64,000 nt of DNA from Octopus sinensis. Taxonomy: Eukaryota. Positions 37,676 to 51,241 of this stretch are shown piece by piece. The notes beneath the pieces were generated by a model, which ran no database searches, had not been told where the DNA came from, and saw only the letters and a program-made list of their open reading frames with translations. The stretch is from assembly GCF_006345805.1 (NCBI RefSeq), contig NC_043003.1, positions 26,412,001 to 26,476,000 on the forward strand, read 5' to 3'. The position numbers and the translations under genes were made by a program. The first letter of the stretch is position 1. Every line of letters starts with the position of its first letter.

Positions 37676-37727
<52 letters not shown>

Positions 37728-38324
37728 TACATGCATGAAGAGAGAGAAAACGAAAACGTCCCTTGTATTTGAAAACTATAGAATTAATTAAATAAAACCA
37801 CTTCATTTAATTTTTCCACAATTTAATTGTTTTTCAAGCTTTACTCCAAGTTGAAAAGTCACAAAGGCTGAATCTGGTACTAAAATCTTCTTTATGATAA
37901 AATTATTTTAGCATTTTCTACTTTGACTTATTTCCCTTATACATATCAACTCATATGTTCCTTTTCAATCTTCCACACACACACACACATACATATATGT
38001 ACACACACACATAAACACATACATACATATATGTACGTACACACACACATACATACATACATACTACATACATACATATATGAATTTGTACATGAGTATC
38101 TTTTATCTTGAACTTGTTTCAGTTATTTGACTGTGGCCAAGCTGGGGCACTGCTTTGAAAGATTTTAGTCAAATGAATCAACCCCACTACTTATTTTATC
38201 AGTCTCTTTTGCTGAACTGTTATGTAATGGAGATGTAAACATACCATCACTTGTTGTTAAGCAATGGTGGAGGACACAAGACACACATAGACATATATCT
38301 ATACATGAATACACGTGTGTATAT

Positions 38325-38985
38325 CATCATCATCATCATCGTTTAATGTCTGCTTTCCATGTTTGCATGGGTTGGACGATTTGATTGAGGACTGGCGAAC
38401 CAGATGCTTGCACCAGGCTCTAATCTGATCTAGCAGAGTTTCTACAGCTGGATGCCCTTCCTAATGCCAACCACTCCAAGAGTGTAGTGGGTGCTTTTAC
38501 ATGCCACTGGCACGAGGGCCAGTCAGGCGGTACTGGCAATGGTTTTTTTTATGTGCCACCTGCACAGTGGTCTTTTTATGTGCCACCTGCACAGGAGCCA
38601 ATCCAGCGGCACTGGCAACGACCTCACTCAAATGTTTTTCACATGACACCAGCACAAGTGCCAGTAAGGCAACACTGGTAATGATCATGTTTGAATGGTG
38701 CTTTTTACGTGCCACCGGCATGGAAGCCAGTCAGCTGCTCTGGCAGCAATCATGCTCAGATAGTGCTCCACTACCACAGGTGCCAGTCATCGAATTTGCA
38801 AATTTAATTTCATTTCGATTTCACTTGCCTCAAAGATCTTCGCAAGCAGAGTTTAGTGTCCAATGTAGAAAGGTACGCATAAGTGGGCTGATTACACCCC
38901 TGGCATAGGCCATGGGTTATTGTCTCACTTGGCTTGCCGAGTCTTCTCACGCACTGCATATTTCCAAAGTTCTCGGTCACATAGA
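38325..38985 (-). mobile_element. RTE LINE 3' end/UTR fragment nested in a family A SINE
   Basis: Similar to the 60675-61350 region; (GAT)n tail; family A halves at ~38100-38290 and ~39040-39200. Confidence 0.75.
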
Positions 38986-39254
38986 TATATATATATATAC
39001 ACACACATATGTACATACATACATACATGCACACACACATAATGGGTTTCTTTCAGTTTCTATCTGTTAAATCCAGTCACAAATCTTTGGTTGGCCCAAA
39101 GCTATTGTAGAAGAAACTTGCCCGAGGTGCCACACAGTGAGACCAAACCCAGAGCCATGTGGTTAGGAAGCAAACTTCTTACCACACAGCCACCCCTGCA
39201 TCTATATATGCATACATACACACACAAACATATATATGTATATATATATATATC

Positions 39255-39510
39255 AAATGGGTATGAGTAAGTATCTCATTTATTTCTTTTGCCACATGTA
39301 TCACTGACGAAGAGAGAGCTCTTAGTAGCTAACTCTGAAATCGGTCCGATATGGTAATAATGGAATTTTTTAGAAATTTCTGTCGACCTTTTTTCAAGTA
39401 GCGTGCGTATTGTGAAAAAATTATATGGTTAATGGACAATATGTCCAATTTTTCGGCATATTTGGCATTAGAATTTTTTTCCTTTGCCCTCATTTATGAA
39501 TTATATATAT
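39255..39510. mobile_element. Solo diverged arm of the 20.4-21.0 kb fold-back MITE
   Basis: ggtaataatggaattttttagaaatttctgtc...ggcatatttggcattagaattttttt matches the right arm. Confidence 0.7.
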
Positions 39511-39620
39511 ATATATATATATGGAACCAATGGTAGCTTTAATACACAAATAAAGAAATTTTATTCACCATTGTGGTGTTGAGTACTTATTCTCATTGCT
39601 CAACATACAGATATACGTAT

Positions 39621-40062
39621 ATAGAAGTTGTTGTCAACTTACAACCGATCAACTTTACAACGATTGGTCTGCTAGCTCCTGGCAACAACAATATTGAAAT
39701 CTAATGGGTTTAATTTCTACGAAATTAACCTGTCTATGGATGATGCCAGCAAACAAACGCTTACTCTAGATTTGGTTTTTGATCGCCACTATAGTTATCC
39801 CAAGTGCTGGATGAATATCCTGTTGTGGAGATATCGAGGCAACCTCATATTTGTTTATTAGATGACTACTTGTAACTCCAAACAAATAACACTGTTGTAG
39901 TATAATACAGAATGCTGTGTGTGACTTTTACTTGAGAATGTACCTTAAGAATGTAATAATATAAAACAAAGCTATGTAGGCCAATAGGCCGATTTATGAC
40001 CAAACCGACTTACAACCAGTCAGTCAGAACCAATTGTGATCATAAGTTGATGACAACCTGTA
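39621..40062. mobile_element. Tigger/pogo-like non-autonomous DNA element
   Basis: Ends agaagttgttgtcaacttacaacc / atcataagttgatgacaacctgTA are degenerate inverted repeats in TA context. Confidence 0.55.
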
Positions 40063-42579
40063 TATATATATGTATGTATGTATGTGTCAGACTCTTGTTC
40101 TTGCTTTTGAATGGTACCAATAAAATCTTGTTTAAATAGACCAACATCAAAGAAACTCCTGTTTGAAGATGAAGGGGCAAATCAGAGAAGCTGCTCATTG
40201 GAAAGTGTTGCATACATGTACTTCACAACTTGGGTTGTACTCCATTTTTATTGATCCAAGAGTCAAAGGCTGAGTTGGCTTTGAGAGGATTTGAACTCTG
40301 AACATCGAGGGATCTTACCAAATGTTGCAATTCAACTATTCAACAACATCTCATCAACTACCAATACCAACATTATCATTAGCAATGCCACCATGCCACA
40401 CCACCACCACAGCCACCACCGCCGCCACCACCATAATCACCTCTATCACCATCACCATTATCACCATAGCCATTATGATCTCCAGTGTGACCTACTGCAG
40501 AACTACTTCCAACATCAATGCCATCAGTACCACCGTCAACACCAACACCATCCTGATTCATGTGCATCAATTAACCCTTTTGACACAAATCGTCCTGAAA
40601 GCATCGTTGGTTCTGTTACAAAATTCCAAGTTCGATTTCACCTCAGAAAATACAGGGACCTGATTAAATACAGCAGTTTGTCTATACATAAGCCCAAATT
40701 ATGTCTGATCCGATAGAAATGATCCAGAGTACTCCGACCATCACCAACTTTTTCTTTTCTTCAGGCATAATTTATCTAGAGACAAATTTTTACTTCAGGA
40801 ATTCCATCACCGCCATCACCACTACCACGCTAGAATAAGGACACCTCACGTTAGACTGATATAATTATTTCTCTTCGAAATATTTTGTTTTGAATATTTT
40901 TTGTTGTTGTTGTGTTGCGCTTGTAAAGCGTATTTATCTCTCTTCTCTCTTTCTATCCTTTGTTGTGATATTAAACTAATAAAAAAAATCAATGAGGGCA
41001 TATATACCAGTGAACATCAATGAATTACTCATAAACAATGATATATTAGCATATTAGCTGATAACTTAAGTAATATAATGTTAAACCGAAATGAGAATAA
41101 TCAAAATTCTAAAATAATTCTAAGCAATTTCGAGGCAAGTGGTAAGGCGATACCATCAATCCCAGTGCTAGATTGGTGTTTTATTTTATCGATCCTGAAA
41201 AGATGAAAGGCAAGGTTGATCAGCCGCATTTGAACACAAAACGTGAAGAGCCGGAACAAATGCGGACATGCTTTCTTTTCTTTGATGCTACAACAATTCT
41301 GCAAAATAGTGTAGATAAGTTACCTCCCTTACAATAATAGTCAAAGTAGAGTTATTTCCCATGAATTCAGTATGACATGATTTGTACAACTAGAATTTGA
41401 TATAACATCAAATTGCTGTTTCTACTGCCCTTTCTCTCTCTCTATGTATGCATGTGTGTGTGCATATTTTTCCAATTGAATATCTGTGTAATTTTTTGTG
41501 CAATTCCACCCAGCTGTTTGATCGCGAATCCTAAGACAAGAGAGAGAGAGTGAGTGAGAGAGAGAGAAGAGAGAAAAAGAGAGAGAGAGAAGAGAGAAAG
41601 AGAGAGAGAGAAGAGAGAGAGACAGAGAGGGGGAGAGAGAGAGAGAGAGAGAGACAACAGACAGACAGACAGAGACAAGCATGGCCACGTGGTTAAAAAG
41701 CTTGTCTTGGAACCACAAGGTTTTGTACTCGTTCTACTTTGCAACACCTTGGCAAAAACGTCTTCTACTGTAGCCCAGGATGGTGTGTGTGTATGTATGC
41801 ATGTTTGTTCCCCACACCACTGCTTGACAACTAGTGTTGGTTTGTTTACATCCCTGTAACTTAGTGGTTTAGCAACACAGACCAATAGAATAAGTAGTTT
41901 CAGTCCAAAGACTGAAACAAGATTTTATATATATATATATTGTTGTATTTGGGGATGGTCATGTTGTCAGTTTAGCCAATAAAATGACATGCAATATGTA
42001 TTTGGTGTTCACTTGCTTCAGTTTTATTTCATATTAAATGTATTTTGGTCAGAGTTCTTTTGTCACACTCCTGTGACCTCATCAGTGGTCCTTTACTTTC
42101 TTCTTTTTTGCATGTTTCTCCTTACTAGTGATCTGCCATTTTGTACAAAGCCAGAAATCTGGGATCTGGAATTATCCAATTATTTTTTGCTAGTTTATTT
42201 TGTCTCTGTCTTCTCTCCTAGTGCTGTTTGTACATTTAATGTGGTTTTAGAGTCAAGTTTTGGCTGCTATTTCCAGCATGGTGGTATCTCTTAGATACCC
42301 TAAATCATAATTTTAATAATAATTATTACCTTTGAAGGTTTTTATTCCCATGCTGGTCACCTGATAAGATCGGTATTTAAATATCAATCTTATCCTTATA
42401 TATATATCATCATCATCATCATCATTTAACGTCCGCTTTCCATGCTAGCATGGGTTGGACGGTTCAACTGGGGTCTGGGGAGCCCGAAAGCTGCACCAGT
42501 CCAGTCAGATCTGGCAGTGTTTCTACAGCTGGATGCCCTTCCTATATATATATATATATATATATAAAGTATATCTGAA

Positions 42580-42895
42580 TGGACTCATATTAAACTCTGT
42601 TGGACTTTTGGATTTTACTCAAAGGATATTGGAATATTACACATATATACCATTATGTCAATAAAACGGATTTACAAATTCAATACCCATACATATCTTA
42701 CATCTATTTTTTCCCTCCACCTCACTCTCTATTTGTATCACATCGAAACTAACTATGACTTAATTTTTCCTCTCATACTGTCTCTGATGAAGGGATATTA
42801 TTAATTAATATCCTAGAAACAGCTGTAAGACCTATCTATAAATGCTCTAATATCTATACAGCCTTGGTTTTTTATCTCATTACGCAAAAATTCTT
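42580..42895 (+). mobile_element. Penelope-like 3' terminal remnant with hammerhead
   Basis: Decayed coding-like end (...IKRIYKFNTH) followed by a minimal hammerhead and an AT-rich tail, embedded in (TA)n. Confidence 0.6.
42780..42831 (+). ncRNA. Minimal type I hammerhead ribozyme
   Basis: gtct-CTGATGA-agggatatta-ttaat-taatatccta-GAAAC-agct-GTA-agac; palindromic stem III acagctgt; A:A mismatch at the base of stem II. Confidence 0.7.
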
Positions 42896-43314
42896 ATATA
42901 TGTATGTATATATATATGCACACACATATACACAGACAGAAAGATAGACAGATAGATAGACAGTCAGACAATGATTTGCATCTGAAGTACATATTTTGTT
43001 TTTAATTTCTAATTACATTTTCATCCTTAAATGAAAACCAAAACATTTCACATTTTCAGCGTGTGAAACAGTACAACACTAATTACTTTCATTATTAAAT
43101 TCACATTACTTTTGTTCTTATATAAAACTAATTATACAATCTATTACAAAATATTTGTGTTCTTCATCCGTTTAATAATATAAATACGTTTGTAATATAT
43201 TTGACTGAAATTCCTGATTATATATATTTTTTAAAAAACAGTACTTTTTTATTGTCAAAAAACTTCAAATAATTTTTTGCACATTTTATTTTAGATCTAT
43301 ATACATGTGCATAA

Positions 43315-43373
<59 letters not shown>

Positions 43374-43474
43374 CATACATATACATACATATACATACAT
43401 ATATATATATACATACATATACATATATATATACATACATATACATATATATATACATACATATACATACATAT

Positions 43475-43504
<30 letters not shown>

Positions 43505-43506
<2 letters not shown>

Positions 43507-43536
43507 TATGTAATAATAATAATAATAATAATAATG

Positions 43537-43591
<55 letters not shown>

Positions 43592-43600
43592 CAACAATAA
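43505..43600. repeat. (AAT)n microsatellite next to a TA-rich array
   Basis: Direct inspection. Confidence 0.95.
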
Positions 43601-43727
43601 TAGAGAGTATAACTCCAAACTTACAGGGAAAAATTCAATTTAGTATTAAATCAAATTTCACAATATAAATATATACATATATATATATATAAATATATAT
43701 ACATATATGTGTGTGTGTGTGTGTGTG

Positions 43728-43788
<61 letters not shown>

Positions 43789-44464
43789 CATACATACATA
43801 CATACATATATGCATATACATACATATATGCATGTACACACACACACACACATAAAAATTCACCCACTGCACTCTGTAAAGTGGCTGGCATTAGAAAGGG
43901 CACAAGCTGTAGAAACCATGTTAAAACAGACTATGGAACCTGGTGCAGCTCCTGTAAAAAACCATCCAACCCATGCTAGCATGGAAAACAGGAATTCAAT
44001 GATTATGTGTGTGTGTGTGTGTGTGTGTGCATATGACAGTTTTCTTGTCATGCCTGTCTACCAAATCCACTCGTAAAGTTTTGGTCGGCCCAGAGATATA
44101 TGCCTAAGGTGCCACACAGTGAGATGGAACCTGAAGCCACATGGTTGAGAAACAAGCTTCTTAACTGCATAACTATACCTATGTGCCACAGCCAGTTCTA
44201 ATATTCTTTTCATGATACGGAATGTAATTTTACTGCAACCAATGAAGGCTATATGAGAATGAAGTTCATTTATAATCATCACAAGATGAGGGTACACTTA
44301 ACCCTGTAGCATTTAAACTGGCCATATCCAGCCTCTCACACCTACCCTGTAACATCATTCTAAAAATAAACAATCACATCTTCAAAATCTCAAAGCTTTG
44401 AGGTAATACAAGATTAGTTTTATAAAATGTGAATATATATGTAATACACTTGACAAAGTTGTGA

Positions 44465-44798
44465 AGGTGCATGGCTCAGTGGTTAGAACATCGAGCTTAC
44501 GATCATGAGGTTGTGAGTTCGAATCCCGGACCGGGCTGTGTGTTGTGTTCTTGAGAAAGACACTTTATTTCACGTTCCTCCAGTTCACTCAGCTGTAGAA
44601 ATGAGTTGCGACGTCACAGGTGCCAAGCTGTATCGGCCTTTGCGTTTCCCTTGGAAAACATTGGTGGCGTGGAGAGGGGAGACCGGTATGCATAGGTGAC
44701 TGCTGGTCTTCCATAAACAACCTTGCTTGGACTTGTGCCTGGGAGGGTAACTTTCTAGGTGCAATCCCACGGTCAGTCATGGCCGAAGGGGGTCTCAC
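44465..44798 (+). mobile_element. tRNA-derived SINE, family D (well preserved)
   Basis: tggctcagtggttag A-box and gagttcgaatccc B-box, then a non-tRNA body. Confidence 0.85.
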
Positions 44799-47039
44799 AT
44801 TTGACAAAGTAATCTGAATGTTAAACGGTTAAACACACACCTACATAAGACACACACACACACACACACACACTCCTGAGAAAAAAAATCATGAATCTTT
44901 AAACTTAGGCACAGAGGTCCATGACTACCTGTAAAACAAGCATAGCATGTGAAAAGAGAGGTATTATTGAAATATGTGGAGGCACATGGCTTAGTTGTAA
45001 GGGTGTCGTACTCATGAGCAGAAGATTATGGTTTCAATTCATGGACTGGGTAACACATAGTGTTCTTGAACAAAACACTTCATTTTGCATTGGCTCAGTC
45101 CACTCAGGTAACAAAAATGAGTAACCCTGTGATTGACCATTGTCCCATCCAAGAGAACATATACACTACGGAATCCTGGGAACTGGCCTTATGAGCCTTT
45201 GGCTCAGGACGGACCTCTAATCATCATCATCATTGTTTAATGCCAGCTTTCCATGCTAGCATGGGTTGGACGATTTGACTGAAGTCTGGTGAACCAGATG
45301 GCTGCACCAGACTCCAATCTGATCTGGCAGAGTTTCTACACCAACCACTTCCTAACCACTCCGAGAGTGTAGTGGGTGCTTTTACATGCTACCGGCACGA
45401 GGGCCAGTCAGACAGTATTGGCAACGGCCATGCTCAAATGGTGCTTTTTATGTGCCACCTGCACAGGAGCCACTTTTTTAATTACTGGTATGTATTTTCA
45501 TTCATGCCCTTGTTCCATCAATACAGTGAGAGGCAAAAATTGCTTCCCCTCTAACGAAATGTCTTGATATAAACTCATAAATTTGATTAATTAAACATTA
45601 CTGCTGAAGATAACCTAACAATGACAGCCAGGAGAATTTTGTTTTTGATTTTTTTTTGTTTTAGCTATCATTGTTACTTTCGATGTTACCAAACAACTTT
45701 TAAGTGTACAAGTATTTTGTTTGTATTTGCAATTTGTTTTGGCATGGAGATTATAATCTGATGTTGTTGTTTAGTTCTAGTGAACTCTTTTGGAGAACTA
45801 AGGCTTGTTTTGTTTTATTCATTTACTTAGCATCTGTTTTTCCATGTCACTATGAGTTGGATAAATACTTATTACTGAGGCATTGTTTTTTTTTCTTTTT
45901 TTTTTCTTTACAGTGCAGGTATGACTGTAAGAAATTTGCTTCCCAAATCACATGGTTTTGGGTTTAGTCCCACCACATGGCACCTTGAGTAAGTGTCTTC
46001 TATATCTCTGGAGTCAGCCAAAGCCTTATGATGGATGTGGCAGACAGAAACTGAAAGAAGTCTGTCTTACATACTCACACACAATATATATAAGGCACAG
46101 AATTAAGCATTCATGCAGATGCATACATACACAAATACATACACACACACACACACACACACACCACACACACACACACATACATACATACCTACAAACA
46201 AACAAACAAACAAATACACATGCCTACATATCTATTGATTCACTAGAAGTAATAAATTACAACGGACAGAGTCAAGACTCTTGAAAAGGTTGCAAGACGC
46301 AACGGAAATTTTAGGAAAATAAAAATAAGACATATGTGGAAATTTTACCGGTGTGTGTGTTACATTATAAGGCACAAAAAGAAAATGACTCTCCCCAGAC
46401 ACAACAGAATATGCTTCAACACACGAACTCATATAAAGAATCTTGCAAACCAAATCCAAAAACGAAATAAGTTACAAGACTCAATACAAATGTAGAGCAG
46501 TCATTAATACATCATAACTGAAAGGCTCCTATATCCTGTACTCTGAGTTACTCATTTCAGATCAACAGTTAGCAATCCAGGCCTGTTTTTTTATTTTTTT
46601 AAAAATATTCATTGTTTGAATATTTTTTGAAATATGAAATGAAATTTTGAAGAAAATGCTTATCTGTAAGTTCTTTTGTTTAAAAAGAACCTTGTGAGCC
46701 ACATGTACAAAAAATGGTTGCTTCAAGCGCATGCTTCTGACTTCATTTCTGGTTCTTGTGGGAATATTCTAAATGTTTTACACTTCATATGAGCAAATTC
46801 ACTCTAATAACTTCTGCCATGAAATTGTGTTGTATAATGCTTTAAGTAATAGGAGCATGTTTTGAAAGTGTGGTAGCCAGAATAAGAACTGAGCTTTTAT
46901 AAATTGTATTTTGTCTTAATAACAACAGGGGAAAATACTTACTGCAATATAGCGCTTGTGAAACTAGATTTAGAAGTAAGATATTATAGATCAAAGTATT
47001 ATAGATCAAATTGCGATTCTATTGTGATTTGAATAATTA

Positions 47040-47430
47040 TTTCTACTCTAGGCACAAGGCCTTGAAAATTTTTGGGGAAAGGGGGCTCATTGTTTACATC
47101 GACCCCAGTGCGTAACTGGTACATATTTCATCGACTCTGAAAGGATGAAAGGCAAAGTCAACCTTGGCAGAATTTGAACTCAGAACGTAAAGACAGATGA
47201 AATACCTATTTCTTTACTACCCACAGGGGCTAAACACAGAGAGGACAAACAAGGACAGACAAACGGATTAAGTCGATTACATCAACCCCAGTGCATAACT
47301 GGTACTTATTTAATCGACCCCGAAAGGATGAAAGGCAAAGTCGACCTCGGCGGAATTTGAACTCAGAACGTAGCGGCAGACAAAATACCGCTAAGCATTT
47401 TGCCTAACAATTCTGCCAGCTTACCCCTCT
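47040..47430 (-). mobile_element. Dimeric SINE family B
   Basis: Same tail-to-ggtattt junction as at 16.8 kb. Confidence 0.8.
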
Positions 47431-48035
47431 TGTGGCCTGAATAATATATCTACTAAATAGGTCTATTTCAACATACCCAACCATCCCTTTGTATATGAAC
47501 TGGTCAATTAAAATATAGGTGTGGGAGGCACTATGCATGAATGACTGAAACAAGTAAAAGGTAAAAAACACCATAGCATTTGTAATACTGTCTCAGATTC
47601 TGTTTTCTCTGGTTCAGAGTAGTACTCTACTCACCCTTCCATCGAATTGCCCTTGTCTTTAATGTTATTACCTTGTTATCGTTTTCCACAGTGCTGTCTT
47701 ACTCAGAACTGCATCAAGAGCTTTTTTGCTTCCTTTACACGTTCCCTGAAAGTTAACTATATCAAACGATAGTGAAATGCTTTCACATCATTGTAGTTAG
47801 CAGTCATTTACACACTACTCAGCTAGTTCCTGAGACTCACTTCTTGCTTCCTCAGCACATGTAGAGTTGCCTGAGTGGGCCAGTGTTTGTGCTCTAGCAC
47901 TGTAGAACACTTTTAACTCAACAACAGCAATGACTTTACTTGAACTCATTTCAAACTAGTCCAGTGACTTCTCCACCCTCCCCCACTACCATTACCACAA
48001 CCACCCCAAAGTGTAATGTTGTGGTCAGTATATCT

Positions 48036-48413
48036 CGCAATTGGCAAGCTGGCAGAAACAGCACGCCGGGCGAAATGCGTAGCCGTATTTTGTCTGCCGT
48101 TACGTTCTGAGTTCAAATTCCGTCGAGGTCGATTTTGTCTTTCATCCTTTCGGGGTCGAGTAAATAAGTACCAGTTACGCACTGGGGTCGATATAATCGA
48201 CTTAATCCGTTTGTCTGTCCTTGTTTGTCCCCTATGTGTTTAGCACCTTGAGGGTAGTAAAGAAAAAGGTATTTTGTCTTCCGCTACGGTTGATTTTGCC
48301 TTTCATCCTTTCGGGGTCGATTAAGCACTGGGGTCGATATAATCGACTTAATCCGTTTGTCTGTCCTTGTTTGTCCTCTCTGTGTTTAGCCCCTTGTGGG
48401 TAGCAAAGAAATA
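48036..48413 (+). mobile_element. Dimeric SINE family B with 13-bp TSD
   Basis: ggtcagtatatct at 48023-48035 and 48414-48426. Confidence 0.88.
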
Positions 48414-49271
48414 GGTCAGTATATCTGAGAGTCCCATCTCAGCTGAGTTATCTCCTCCTGGTGAGTCTGCTTGACGAACGTCCTTTAATGATGTGACATG
48501 ATAAACCCCACTGCTTTGTCTGGGTGTTGGTCAGTCACAATGGCGTCAGTGCACTGCTTGCCTGGAGGCTTTGCCATAACCCATACATGTCTCTCTCTCT
48601 CTCTCTCTCTCACTCATACATGTGTGTATGTGTGTGTGTGCTCGTGTGTCTCAATACATTTTTATGTGTACATGTGTACATATATATGTATGTATGACTG
48701 TATATAAACCATTGCATGGAACATTTAGTCAAAAAAGGAAGTGTAACAATTTACACTAAGTATATCAGATAAACTCAATCCACACAAATCCTAATTTCAT
48801 TGCTAATCCAAACACCAAATTTATATACTCATTCCTATGGAAATAAATCGATCTTAATGTGTGCACATGTATGGTGGTGAGGGTTGGCATAGGGGGTTGG
48901 GTTAATCTACACACACACACATACATACACACACATGCACATTCATATTAATAGTCTTTCAAGAATTAAAGACTATGTACATATGAATACAGACACAAAA
49001 ATGTGTGTGTGTGTGCGTATGTGTACGTGTGTGTGCGTATGTGTACGTGTGTGTCTGTGTGGGTGCATGCATAAGCAAGGAAGATCATAGTTAACATACA
49101 TCCAAATAGAAACATACATGCATGCATGCACACACACACACACACACACACACAGACAAATTAAACATCATGTGTGTGTAGGTGCATGTATAAAACAGAT
49201 ATAAGGGTGTGTACATATGCTGCAAGTGAAAGTTAATTTACTTATAGACAGGAACTCTCTCTCTTTCTATT

Positions 49272-49327
<56 letters not shown>

Positions 49328-49580
49328 AGACACACTCACAAGTAGTGTCTAAAGAAACAAAATCTACACAGATAATATGCACAAAGGTGTGTATATGTGT
49401 GCTTACGTTTGAGAGCATGTGTTAAAGTGGGGAGCTAATCCACACACACACACACACAAACATACACATACTCACACAAGCAATGTAAGGAAGTAAAGAC
49501 ATCGTTTTATGCACCAATGTAACGAGAACCGTGTGTGGTGTGTTGGACAGTGGAGGAGGAGAATAATCCACATGCTCACA

Positions 49581-49623
<43 letters not shown>

Positions 49624-50016
49624 TACACATGCATGCACACACACACACACATACACATTTGTGTCTGTACATATATGCACATAGTTTTTAACTTGCACAA
49701 ACACACACACACACACACAGATGCAGCGGAATCATATAAAAAGTATGCATATGCATGTTAGAGGTTAATCTGCATACTCACTTACAGACAAATGCATGTG
49801 CACACACATACACACACAATATACACACTCACACATCCACTCTAAAAAAAGAGCCACGTGCACACATATAATGTGCACAGACATAAAGATGTGTGTGTGT
49901 GTGTGTAATGACTAGATCTACTATTAAAAATGTACAAACAAATTTGAAAACTGGATCATAGTGGGAGGAAAGCAGAGGCAGATACACACACACACACATA
50001 CATATTTACAGATATA

Positions 50017-51241
50017 TCTCTCTATATATAAAACTAAGAATGTGTGTCTGTCTGTTTGTGTGTTTCCCTAAAACTTGAGAACTACACAACCAATTTCATT
50101 CAAATTTTACACATGCCTTACTTGGGGTCCAAGGAGTGTCATGGGCAAAAAAAATGTTCAACTTCTTGCCTAGAGCGAGCCCATAGCAATATCATATCTT
50201 AACTTTTTGCCTAGGGCAAGCCCACAGCAATATCATATCTTCTCCACTATGATTCCCTAAAACTTGAGAACTATACAACCAATTTCATTCAAATTTTACA
50301 CATGCCTTACTTAGGGTCCATGTACTTTCATGGGCAAAAAAAATGTTCAACTTCTTGCCTAGAGCGAGCCCATAGCAATATCATATCTTCTCCACTATTT
50401 CAGTATTACGTGTTAAAAGTGAAACAAAAACATTTCTCTATTTTATGTCAGATACTTTCACTTTAACAATAAAAATAATAACAATTGAATTATATGTAGA
50501 AAGTAATAATTAAAATCAAACTAAAGTATAATATAATTGTAACATAACAAAAGTAAAAATAGCAATTGGTATAAAATTGCATCAATGACTTGAATTTGAA
50601 TAAGTGGTTTCACATGAATGGGAATAAATTAAAAATAAAATTAGCATGCAGAAATGGAATAGTCCAGATGGATAATAAAAAATTAAATTAAAGAAAAGAC
50701 TATTGTCTATAAAGTATACAATGTAGAGAAAAAAGAAGATTTGAACACCTGGAGGAAAGCACCATCGAAAAGTGTCTTGGTGCAACTATGAAAGATATCC
50801 AACCAGAGACGGTAAATTTGCCACAATAGAAGTAAGGTTCGAGTCAACGGAGCGTGTAAGGGAGTACTCGACTCGAACTTGCAAAGTGGAAATATTTTAT
50901 TTTTACCTTTATATCTGGGACGTAGGATGTGCCGGATAAAAATTTTAAATGCCCCCCCCCACCTCCCCCAGAAGTTGAGGTAGGCTGGATTGTAGCCACA
51001 CTTCTATACAAGAGGGAGGACAAGATACAATTGATCGAAATTGCAAGAGATGGGCTTATAATTCCAGTCTGTTATATATTTTGAGTATTGTTATCACTAG
51101 CAATATCAAGATATAACTTTGTATTTTGTATTTTATGTGTAGATGTATATATATAGATGTACATGTAATATGTACACATATATATACACATATATACATG
51201 CACTAGCACTATGACCCGGCAACGACGGGTCATAATGCTAG
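50017..51241 (+). mobile_element. Non-autonomous Helitron
   Basis: 5' a|tc(tc)tctatatataaaa; 3' hairpin tatgacccg-gcaacga-cgggtcata followed 3 nt later by CTAG|t; internal 189-bp tandem duplication (50066 / 50255). Confidence 0.7.
50690..51060 (+). mobile_element. Decayed LINE ORF1-like fragment (L1/Tx1-like) inside the Helitron
   Basis: Frameshifted translation IVYKVYNVE-RRFEHLEESTIEKCL...KFATIEVRFESTERVREYS...LPLYLGRRMCRIKILNAPPEVEVGWIVATLLY. Confidence 0.45.

Larger units (their letters stand above)
36337..37676. mobile_element. Retrozyme-like / Penelope-derived element: 473-bp unit in partial tandem plus inverted arrangement, flanked by (TA)n
   Basis: agcaattaaggacaac at 36337 and 36810 (period 473); left arm 36337-37034, inverted right arm 37034-37676; one intact hammerhead per arm; no ORF. 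Confidence 0.85.

Noticed and set aside
36455-37676. 23-bp direct sub-repeats and other short repeats considered as a CRISPR-like array
   Set aside because: Adjacent repeats without unique spacers, no cas genes, eukaryotic context
41322-41387. 66-nt minus-strand exon candidate
   Set aside because: The phase-1 frame has stops; only phase 0 is open, which does not fit the exon chain
47635-47960. Possible decayed Tc1-type transposase N-terminus or exon
   Set aside because: Multiple stops and no diagnostic motif could be recognised
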